A DNA stretch of 13,998 nucleotides from Candidatus Heimdallarchaeota archaeon (lineage in GTDB: Archaea > Asgardarchaeota > Heimdallarchaeia > JABLTI01). This document shows, one piece after another, positions 1 to 6,952 of this stretch; position 1 is the stretch's first letter, and every line of letters begins with the position of its first letter. Position numbers and translations under genes: made by a program. Location of the stretch: NCBI GenBank assembly GCA_019056785.1, contig DXJV01000074.1:1-13998 (forward strand), read 5' to 3'. The notes beneath the pieces are model-generated. The model saw nothing but the letters and a program-made list of their open reading frames with translations. It was not told the origin of the DNA and ran no database searches.

Positions 1-114
1 GCAATGTTAATACTGTCCTTTGTTGGTGCCAGCGCCTTTGGCATCAAAACCGCAGTCGCAGGCCGAAACTCCGGCGGCTTCGATAACGAATATGGTGACG
101 GCTCAGGGGGATAA
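1..114 (+). CDS. Small putative secreted peptide (5' end probably truncated by the window edge)
   Basis: Frame 1 reads AMLILSFVGASAFGIKTAVAGRNSGGFDNEYGDGSGG*, stop TAA at 112-114. A hydrophobic stretch is followed by an A-V-A signal-peptidase-like site. It is followed by a hairpin and T-tract. Not in the ORF track because it is short. Confidence 0.6.
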   Translation, partial: AMLILSFVGASAFGIKTAVAGRNSGGFDNEYGDGSGG

Positions 115-148
115 ACCCCTAGCCAACTCATATCTTTTCTTTTTTTTT
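100..148 (+). terminator. Hairpin plus T-tract terminator after the small peptide ORF
   Basis: ggct(c)agggg-gataaa-cccctagcc stem at 100-124, then ttttcttttttttt at 135-148. Confidence 0.6.
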
Positions 149-150
149 AA

Positions 151-1893
151 TCATATTTTCCATAAATGTGCTTCAAATGAGTAAAGCTCATCCAAAGGAA
201 CGTACCGAAGAATTTTTTGTCTCACAGTGAATGTTTCAACCTCAAAACCCCGCTCAACAATAAAGTCAGAAAGCATTTTTGCTATTTTATGGTTACTATC
301 AAGGCCCATAACCCTGACAAGCATCCCATCAAATGTGATGTTATACCCTATCCAACTGAATATCGCCAATTGATCTATCAATTTATTGAACTCCGCTGTT
401 TCATTATCACCCTTTATCTTTATAATTAAAAGATCCTTTAACGAAATCACTGACGGCGTTAATACAAGCCTGAAATTAATGAGATCCTTTTCAATGGCCT
501 CATTCCTAAGTTTATTCATAAATGACAGAAAATTTTCGATTTGATTAAAGTCAATGTCATTTTCTTTTAGAAATTCTTGTAGCTCTATACCAAAACCGGA
601 ATAAAGCGAAGGATTTGTTAGGCTGTGTGAGCGGTAAATTGAGATAAATTTTAAGAGTCTTTTTTCATTAAAGGTGAACTTGTGTGGAAGTTCTTCTTGC
701 AAAAAACTATTATTCCATGTTACAAGCTTGATACATTCCTTTTTTCCTTCCAATAATTCCTGAAAACTCTCTATTGTAGGTTTAAAATTCTTTTCAACAA
801 GAGCAGTCATAAAAATTCGATCTTTGAGAGGTTTAATTTCAAAGTAATCGAGAAAGCCTTGGTTTTGTCTTTTTTCCATGCGCTTTTCCAGAGAATTTGC
901 CAAGACGTGGGGGCAAAGCATTAAAGCATAAAAATATCGAGGAGAAACGGGAGAACCTTGGTAAATAATATCAATGTAAGGATTTTCAAGAAGATCTTTT
1001 TCAATAATCTCAGTTGTTTGACGCTTCGATTCTTTTATTTTGATAATGATTGTGTAATAATGTAATCCTAGTTTGTAAAAATTCTTTTCAACCCAAAATT
1101 TTGCATTATGAATATTGGCAAGTTTGACCAATTCTTTTGAAATAAGTGTATAATCGAGATCAAGCAATTGTTCTAGGCTTGATAGAGTAGCACTTATCCC
1201 TTGTTGCAAAATACCTTTTAAAACTTTCAAAGTAATTTTTCGCATTCTAATAGGAGCAATTATTTGCTCAGGTTTGAAACTTAAATAATCATTAAATTGT
1301 TCTAAAATTTCCAATTCTTTGTTAACTATCTCATCAAAATCATTAACAAAAAAGTGAAATGTGTCTAAAATTAACTTAAAAGGAACTTTTTTTGAAGTGA
1401 TTGACACCGAGAGAAAATAGAGAATTTCCAAGAAAGATTTTTTGTTAACCTCAATTCTTTCTTCAGCTTCAAAATATATGAATCGATAGCGAATATTATA
1501 TGCGCGAGAATCAAATTCCCTTCCAAGGTAATTCTGTTGCATTTTACTAAGAGCAACGACATTTAGAATATAGTGTGACAAAGAAAAACTCGGATGGAAA
1601 AGTAACCAATCCTCCATAAAAAAGGCAAGGGCCTCACGAATTAAAACATGTTCCCAGAGGGTTTTTTGGTATGTTTCCGGTGAAAGATCATTAAACCATT
1701 GGCCAAAAGTTATTTTTTTTTTTGTACGAATGACGCCATATGTTGGCCCGAAAGTTGGAGCCTCACCCAAGGTTATTTCAACACTATCTAAATTGCGTTG
1801 TAAGTCCCAATCTGTTTCTTGCTGAATTTCAGCAATTAATGTTTGTAAATGAGACCTAATCTGCTTGGGTGTGAGAGGCTGCTCAAGTTTCAT
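151..1893 (-). CDS. Large Lrp/AsnC-like winged-helix transcriptional regulator with tandem wHTH + RAM/ACT-like modules and an N-terminal extra domain
   Basis: Long ORF; ATG at 1893 (MKLEQPL) is preferred over TTG at 1917. HTH-like TLKVLKGILQQGISATLSSLEQLLDLDYTLISKELVKL is followed by the Lrp-type linker NFYKLGLHYYTIIIKI. A second, degenerate module begins at FTFNEKRLLKFI. Confidence 0.6.
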   Translation of the reverse strand: MKLEQPLTPKQIRSHLQTLIAEIQQETDWDLQRNLDSVEITLGEAPTFGPTYGVIRTKKKITFGQWFNDLSPETYQKTLWEHVLIREALAFFMEDWLLFHPSFSLSHYILNVVALSKMQQNYLGREFDSRAYNIRYRFIYFEAEERIEVNKKSFLEILYFLSVSITSKKVPFKLILDTFHFFVNDFDEIVNKELEILEQFNDYLSFKPEQIIAPIRMRKITLKVLKGILQQGISATLSSLEQLLDLDYTLISKELVKLANIHNAKFWVEKNFYKLGLHYYTIIIKIKESKRQTTEIIEKDLLENPYIDIIYQGSPVSPRYFYALMLCPHVLANSLEKRMEKRQNQGFLDYFEIKPLKDRIFMTALVEKNFKPTIESFQELLEGKKECIKLVTWNNSFLQEELPHKFTFNEKRLLKFISIYRSHSLTNPSLYSGFGIELQEFLKENDIDFNQIENFLSFMNKLRNEAIEKDLINFRLVLTPSVISLKDLLIIKIKGDNETAEFNKLIDQLAIFSWIGYNITFDGMLVRVMGLDSNHKIAKMLSDFIVERGFEVETFTVRQKILRYVPLDELYSFEAHLWKI

Positions 1894-2016
1894 GCTTTGC
1901 ACACTAACTAATAACAAATAAGTAGCTATAAAAAAACTCTCTCTTATATCTTATGGAAAAAGAGCAGAATGAACACATTAGAAATGTTTTTATTTTAGTA
2001 TGTCTAAAATATAATT

Positions 2017-2168
2017 AATCCGTCAGAATTTCTTTGACGGATTCCCTCTCTCCCCACAAATAGACGTTTGTTATTTTTCCAATGAACGTCTAAAATCCCT
2101 AAAATTTCCTTTTCCTGGACGGCTGGGATTCTTCCCCCGTCCAGTTTTAATTCCCCCAAGTGGAGAGA
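2017..2168 (+). ncRNA. Putative structured non-coding RNA (three hairpins plus an enclosing helix)
   Basis: H1 2017-2043 (11 bp including a G-U pair), H2 2061-2092 (12 bp including 2 G-U pairs), H3 2115-2144 (8+4 bp). tctctcc(cc)ac at 2047-2057 pairs with gtggagaga at 2160-2168. The G-U pairs form only on the + strand. A TATA-like tttttatt lies at 1987-1994. Confidence 0.5.
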
Positions 2169-2262
2169 AGGTTTACACATCTCTTCGTAATAGAGTGATA
2201 TATACAGGTAAAAACAGATAGTGTGATTTGACAAATACCCAAAGAATCAGTTTAAACAATAT

Positions 2263-2280
2263 TAAAAAAAAGGGAAAAAA
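2263..2280 (-). terminator. Oligo-T terminator downstream of hsp20
   Basis: The + strand has A-tracts interrupted by ggg, giving T-tracts on the - strand just past the hsp20 stop codon. Confidence 0.5.
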
Positions 2281-2291
2281 GGAGGAGAGGA

Positions 2292-2885
2292 TTATTCTAT
2301 TTTCACTTCAAACTCATCCTTGTCTTTTGATGGTTCCTTTCTTTCAAAGACTATTTCTAAGATACCATTCTTCAAGGAAGCTTTTGCAGTTTTTGGCTTT
2401 ATCTTAACAGACAACTCTTTCTCAGCTTCCAGCTCTTTGCCATTTCTTAAAGCTTTGATTGTTACTTTGTCCTCAGTTGCGGTGATCTTTAGGTCTTCTT
2501 TTTCCACGCCGGGTAACTCCATAATTACTCGTACTGCTTTGTCTTCAATAAATGCGTCAATTAATTGCTCGTCTTCGGGTTGACCAATCATTTGTTCTGC
2601 TGTTCCAAACCCGAAATTCCGTGGGTCGATATTTCCATACTCCTTTACTACTGGCGTTCCATCAGGTCCAATAGTTACAATTCGACCATAATAATAGGGA
2701 CCGAATTTCTTAGTTACCACTTTCCCCTCCTCATTTCCTGCAAACATATTCATGAATTTGTCCATATACTGTTTTATATTTACGAATGGATCGAAATTAA
2801 AGAAGTCTTCATCGAACCAATTAAAGAACGGATAATCATTTCTTTCATCTTTTCTTTCGTTGTCTTTTCTATTTCTCCAGGTCAT
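2292..2885 (-). CDS. hsp20: Small heat shock protein, archaeal Hsp20/alpha-crystallin family
   Basis: Archaeal Hsp20 signature GPYYYG..VTIGPDGTPVVKEYGN, alpha-crystallin core ELPGVEKEDLK...ASLKNGILEI, C-terminal V-K-I (IXI-type) motif. SD GAGGTGA at 2892-2898. Confidence 0.95.
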   Translation of the reverse strand: MTWRNRKDNERKDERNDYPFFNWFDEDFFNFDPFVNIKQYMDKFMNMFAGNEEGKVVTKKFGPYYYGRIVTIGPDGTPVVKEYGNIDPRNFGFGTAEQMIGQPEDEQLIDAFIEDKAVRVIMELPGVEKEDLKITATEDKVTIKALRNGKELEAEKELSVKIKPKTAKASLKNGILEIVFERKEPSKDKDEFEVKIE

Positions 2886-2976
2886 TTTCCATCACCTCTG
2901 GATTATAGGAATAATCCCTCACTTTTTTGTGAATTACTCACTAAAAAGTTAACATTAAAACATTCGTCTAAACAAA

Positions 2977-2992
2977 TATATAAATCCTTCGG
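2977..2992 (-). promoter_or_regulatory. BRE-TATA promoter of hsp20
   Basis: The - strand reads ccgaagga-TTTATATA, which predicts a transcription start near 2954. Confidence 0.6.
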
Positions 2993-3026
2993 TTTAAAAG
3001 TAAAAAAAGAAAAGGGGGAGGAACAC

Positions 3027-4007
3027 TCAACGCAACACGACTTCAATGATATCTTGATCCTCAACGACATGCTCTAAGCCAACTTTTTGTCCATCGAACT
3101 CAACAGAAGAGCCCCAGACACGAGCGAAACGAAAGCGAGTAAGAAAACTACTATGAATTTTTTGGATTGTGTCTTTTATTGTCGCGCCGCGATGTAAAAC
3201 AATTGGTTCATTGAGCCGTGGTTTTTCTCGGGGCGGTTTTGTATAGACTCTGATAATATCTAAGAGATTAAAAAGTGACTTTTTCAGCTCTTCTAGAGAA
3301 GCAGCATTATTTGCCGCAGTGGGAAATACAGGCCAGTCTACCTTTTGAAGTAGTTTTTGGTAAGCCTTTTTCGAACCCGGTAGATCGCCTTTTGTGGCAA
3401 TTACCGCCAATTTATATTTCGACTTGCCGTCTATGAAAATCTTCGCTTCTTCTAATTGATGAATAAGGAAGGTCAATTGTCGATCGATGTCCATTGTTAA
3501 ATCAATCACCATTAGAATGGCATCACAGGTTCGTGCAACACGTTTGATCTGCTTTGCAATAGTCCAATCATCTTTGAAGTCTAAGAATCCCGGTAAATCA
3601 ACAATTTGGAAAGTCACTCCTTGGTATGTACAAGCCCCTGCTTGTCCGATGGTTGTAGTATTAAGATAATTCCCTACTGCAACATCTGTATTTGTTATTG
3701 CATTCATAAGAGTACTTTTACCCACATTAGATAGACCAAAAAGTGCGAGACGCCCGACACCTGACTTTGGGATCTCAAAAGGATCAAAGGTTCGTCCCTT
3801 TACTTTTGGTTTTTTCAGAACTTCAGCTTTCTTTTCTTCAAGCCATTTAATGAGATTTTTATAAGGGCCCCAATCATCCAATTTTTTGCTATGGATTTCC
3901 TCGATTGTTGCATCTGCAGCTTTAATAAATTCCTTACCTTCGACTAATCGCAAACGATTTGCTATTTTATAGAGGAAATAACGATATTTTGTATAACGAT
4001 TTCCCAT
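3027..4007 (-). CDS. DRG-like OBG-family GTPase with C-terminal TGS domain
   Basis: G1 GLSNVGKS, G2 YLNTT, G3 DLPG, G4 TKGD. TGS domain IIRVYTKP...FARVWGSS..FDGQKVGLEHVVEDQDIIEV. SD GAGGTGA at 4014-4020. Confidence 0.9.
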   Translation of the reverse strand: MGNRYTKYRYFLYKIANRLRLVEGKEFIKAADATIEEIHSKKLDDWGPYKNLIKWLEEKKAEVLKKPKVKGRTFDPFEIPKSGVGRLALFGLSNVGKSTLMNAITNTDVAVGNYLNTTTIGQAGACTYQGVTFQIVDLPGFLDFKDDWTIAKQIKRVARTCDAILMVIDLTMDIDRQLTFLIHQLEEAKIFIDGKSKYKLAVIATKGDLPGSKKAYQKLLQKVDWPVFPTAANNAASLEELKKSLFNLLDIIRVYTKPPREKPRLNEPIVLHRGATIKDTIQKIHSSFLTRFRFARVWGSSVEFDGQKVGLEHVVEDQDIIEVVLR

Positions 4008-4123
4008 TAATTTTCACCTCGGTTTTCATTTTCAATCTTTTACATAGTGTTAATTTTTCCACACAATTCATCACTCAAACCAAGTAAAGAAAATGATTAG
4101 AAAAAGCAATAGGAAGTCACTTT

Positions 4124-4269
4124 GAACCTTTTCTCAACACACAAAAGTTAGCCTCGAGAAAAACCAGTAAACCTACGCTTCGCTAATCACTTTCTTCTAA
4201 TGATTGCGAGCGAGATCCCCTCGCACCAAGTCAAGAGGTACGGCTAATAAACTGCAAGGTTCGGTTCAC
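4124..4269 (-). ncRNA. Putative structured RNA (standalone sRNA or leader of the DRG gene)
   Basis: Nested helices 4124-4130/4256-4262, 4148-4153/4242-4247 and 4171-4174/4236-4239 enclose hairpins at 4176-4212 and 4205-4225. BRE-TATA gaaaaagtc-TTTATTA lies on the - strand at 4292-4307, and a U-tract follows at about 4101-4105. Confidence 0.5.
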
Positions 4270-4426
4270 ATTTTAATTAGTTACAATTCACTAATAAAGA
4301 CTTTTTCTTAAATAGAAAAATAATTCACAATCTTCTGAATGTTAAAATAACAATACAGAATTTCAAACATTCATTGTTCAGTATTAAGATTTAAAATCGA
4401 GGATTATCTTTTATTACTCGATTTAA

Positions 4427-5455
4427 ATGCCTTCTAAAAAAGAAACTACTGTTTTATTCATTTGGAAAGTTCGAGAAGAGCTTCAAAATTATTTGCAGAA
4501 CCACTTGTCCAAAAAAAACATCACCTTAATTTTTCCGGAGGAAAATGACCAGCAAATTTTCCTTGAAAATGCCGCAGATGCAAATATTATTGTTGGTTGG
4601 CGGCCGACAGAAGAATTACTAAAAAGAGCTCAAAAACTCGAGTTATTTATCAATCCGGGCGTTGGTGTTCAGCATCTTTTACCTTTATTTCAAAGAGTTG
4701 CTATGGAGCGAGAGGTTGTCCTTTGCAATGGGCATGGGAACACCTATTTTACCGCCCAACATGCTGTTGCATTACTCCTCTCATTGATGAATAAAATTGT
4801 CCCCCACCACAACTGGATGCAACAAGGTTACTGGCGAAAAGGAGATGCTGATGCGAAGACAGTTCCCCTTCGAAAACGGGAGGTAGGGCTTCTTGGGTAT
4901 GGCGCTGTAAATACTAAAGTACATCGATTCCTTGCGGGGTTTGATGTTAATTTCCATGTATTAAAGAAAAACTGGAAACGTAAACGCATATCAACATTGC
5001 CAACGAAAGTTAAGAAATATTCTTTTCAGGATTTAACGGCTTTTTTAATTGCCATTGATATTCTTATTGTAGCAGTGCCATTAACTAGTTTAACACAAGG
5101 ATTAATTGCCAAGAAAGAATTTGCGCTCCTTGGCCCAAATGCTCTCGTTGTTACTGTTGCACGAGGAGAAGTTATCGATGAAAAGAGTTTTTATGAAGCA
5201 CTTAAAAACAAAACCATTGCTGGAGCAGCGATTGATGTGTGGTATAATTACCACCCTGAGCCAAATGCCAAAGGTCGAAAATTTCCTTCCAAATATCCTT
5301 TTTACAAACTGGATAATGTTGTACTTTCTCCCCATCGGGGGGCCTCTCCAATGGATGATTTAGAAAGATGGAATGAAGTTATCGAAAATATTAAACGATA
5401 CACTTCCGGGGATAGAAACTTCCTTAACGTCGTCAATCTCAAAGATGAATATTAA
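4427..5455 (+). CDS. D-isomer specific 2-hydroxyacid dehydrogenase (NAD-binding)
   Basis: Rossmann motif VGLLGYGAVN, AVPLTSLTQGLI, catalytic Arg in VARG, GAAIDVW, and catalytic His in NVVLSPHRG. Confidence 0.9.
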   Translation: MPSKKETTVLFIWKVREELQNYLQNHLSKKNITLIFPEENDQQIFLENAADANIIVGWRPTEELLKRAQKLELFINPGVGVQHLLPLFQRVAMEREVVLCNGHGNTYFTAQHAVALLLSLMNKIVPHHNWMQQGYWRKGDADAKTVPLRKREVGLLGYGAVNTKVHRFLAGFDVNFHVLKKNWKRKRISTLPTKVKKYSFQDLTAFLIAIDILIVAVPLTSLTQGLIAKKEFALLGPNALVVTVARGEVIDEKSFYEALKNKTIAGAAIDVWYNYHPEPNAKGRKFPSKYPFYKLDNVVLSPHRGASPMDDLERWNEVIENIKRYTSGDRNFLNVVNLKDEY

Positions 5456-5494
5456 AAAAAGAAAAGTTGGATTGAGTTTAAATTAAGCAAGAGC

Positions 5495-6217
5495 TTATTT
5501 CCAGCTTTTAAATTCGCGAACTTCTGCAACCTTATCTTTGACGATTTTCGGGACTTTCTTCTCTTTCAAATCTTTCAAAGTTATTTTTTTGCTGAAATTA
5601 TAATTTCGACCCTTATATGAGACAGTTATTTGATCTTCAATTTTCACCGTGGGGGTCATCCCAGCTTCTACCGGTTGCGCTTTCGGAGCTTTGGGTTTAG
5701 GTTTAGGTTTTGCAACAACTTTCTTGGAAGGAGCCTTCTTTTGAGTGCCGGCAGCACTACCTACTTTTTTGATTTGCAAGGTTTGTCGTTTCTTCTTTTT
5801 CGCAGAAATCGTTCGTTGTTGAGTTTTTTCAACATCAAATTGTGTTGGAATGGCTTGAATAAATCCTTCTTGTCCTGGGCGATTTGTGATAATGGCATAA
5901 CCTTTTTCTGTACGAATGAGAGCGCCTTTAGTCATTACTTTTCTTCGAGTAAATTCTTTATTTGCAGGATTAGTTTCAACGTCGAGAATCCGGACTTTTT
6001 CAGATTTTTTAGTTTCCGGGTCAGTTAAGTTACAATAATCATATCGATAGGCTCGAAGTTTGAAATTACCACCCATGGTTCGGATTTTCTTGACTCGAGG
6101 TTCACCTATGATTGTTTGTGCTTCTGGTCGTCCGAGTTCAGCTTTTCGTTTTTCGTGGTGCTTTTTCAGTCGCGAGCCACTTTTTGTACGTTTGCTTAGG
6201 CCTTGCCATCGTGCCAT
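5495..6217 (-). CDS. rps8e: 30S ribosomal protein S8e (eS8) with long basic C-terminal extension
   Basis: MARWQGLSKRTKSGSR...KRKAELGR...RTMGGNFKLR...NPAN....RRKVMTKGALI...ITNRPGQEGFIQA is the archaeal eS8 signature. The true start is ATG at 6217, not the upstream GTG used by the ORF track. Confidence 0.95.
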   Translation of the reverse strand: MARWQGLSKRTKSGSRLKKHHEKRKAELGRPEAQTIIGEPRVKKIRTMGGNFKLRAYRYDYCNLTDPETKKSEKVRILDVETNPANKEFTRRKVMTKGALIRTEKGYAIITNRPGQEGFIQAIPTQFDVEKTQQRTISAKKKKRQTLQIKKVGSAAGTQKKAPSKKVVAKPKPKPKAPKAQPVEAGMTPTVKIEDQITVSYKGRNYNFSKKITLKDLKEKKVPKIVKDKVAEVREFKSWK

Positions 6218-6269
6218 TTTTACAACCACTAATAATTCTTTTTTCTTATTCTTTCGCACTTCAAATAGC

Positions 6270-6284
6270 TTTAAAACCTTTGCG
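6270..6284 (-). promoter_or_regulatory. BRE-TATA promoter of rps8e
   Basis: The - strand reads cgcaaagg-TTTTAAA, about 55 nt upstream of the ATG. Confidence 0.55.
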
Positions 6285-6384
6285 ATTATTTCTGTAGTCG
6301 CTCTTTCTAGTTTTTAAAGGAGGTTCTTCAGTTTCCATCCCTCAATTCAATTAATTTCCCACGATAATTTTTTATCAATAACGA

Positions 6385-6825
6385 ATGACTTTTTTAGGAG
6401 GAGGAGATATTAAGAAACAGAAAAAACCGAGAATTTCTCAGGTGGAAAAAACAACATTGTCAGAAAAGCGCACAATAGATTATAATATCCAAAAATTGGC
6501 AGAATCCCTTATTGCTCGTGACCGGAAAAAAGCGCTCTCAATTATCCGTTCACGATTAAATAAGCCATTCGAAAGCAACACCCAACATTTTGTTTGGAAA
6601 GGATGGGAACGCGCACTTGCTCGCCAAGAAAATAATGCACTTATTTTTCAAATGTTAAATGGCATCGAATTTCCAACCATTAAGAAAATCTTCCATGATA
6701 TGAAAAGGAAGAAGACAGAGATTCTGCTCCGAGACCACACACAAACCGCGCTCGCAAAAGAATATCTCCCCACATGGATCTCCCTTCTTGAGATTTATTG
6801 CAACATTTACCAAGATAAACAATGA
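6385..6825 (+). CDS. Hypothetical alpha-helical protein upstream of the origin and cdc6
   Basis: 146 aa ORF filling the gap, with helical amphipathic pattern, followed by a T-tract at 6827-6836. No family recognised; start codon uncertain. Confidence 0.65.
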   Translation: MTFLGGGDIKKQKKPRISQVEKTTLSEKRTIDYNIQKLAESLIARDRKKALSIIRSRLNKPFESNTQHFVWKGWERALARQENNALIFQMLNGIEFPTIKKIFHDMKRKKTEILLRDHTQTALAKEYLPTWISLLEIYCNIYQDKQ

Positions 6826-6866
6826 ATTCTTTTTTTATTCAGCTTACTCACTAATGTTTCCAAAGA

Positions 6867-6887
6867 GTTCCACTTGAAAAAGAGGTC
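6867..6887 (+). promoter_or_regulatory. ORB-like origin recognition box 1
   Basis: gTTCCActtGAAAaAGaGGTC matches the archaeal ORB pattern TTCCAnnnGAAA plus a G-containing tail, and is 16/21 identical to box 2. Confidence 0.75.
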
Positions 6888-6931
6888 AGTAAATTTTAAA
6901 TATGAATACCGTTATAAGAAAAATGACAAGA

Positions 6932-6952
6932 ATTCCAGTAGAAATAGCGGTC
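6932..6952 (+). promoter_or_regulatory. ORB-like origin recognition box 2
   Basis: aTTCCAgtaGAAAtAGcGGTC, a direct repeat of box 1 located 65 bp downstream and directly upstream of cdc6. Confidence 0.75.

Noticed and set aside
61-111. Lasso-peptide core (G1 with D8) in the small peptide
   Set aside because: The leader is hydrophobic, lacks Thr at -2 and a YxxPxL motif, and no lasso cyclase or peptidase genes are visible.
2004-2234. 76-aa ORF on the - strand
   Set aside because: TTG start without SD, no protein-like features, and the region is better explained by + strand RNA structure.
4148-4247. 5S rRNA or TPP riboswitch identity for the second RNA (GCCGUACC, GAUCUCG, GCGUAGG snippets)
   Set aside because: Lacks the 5S CGAAC/GUUAAG elements in the proper context and the TPP CUGAGA motif; the matches are short and probably coincidental. 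SRP and RNase P signature motifs are also absent.
6436-6447. ORB-like ttccacctgaga on the - strand
   Set aside because: Mismatch in the core, no tail, and it lies inside a probable coding region.
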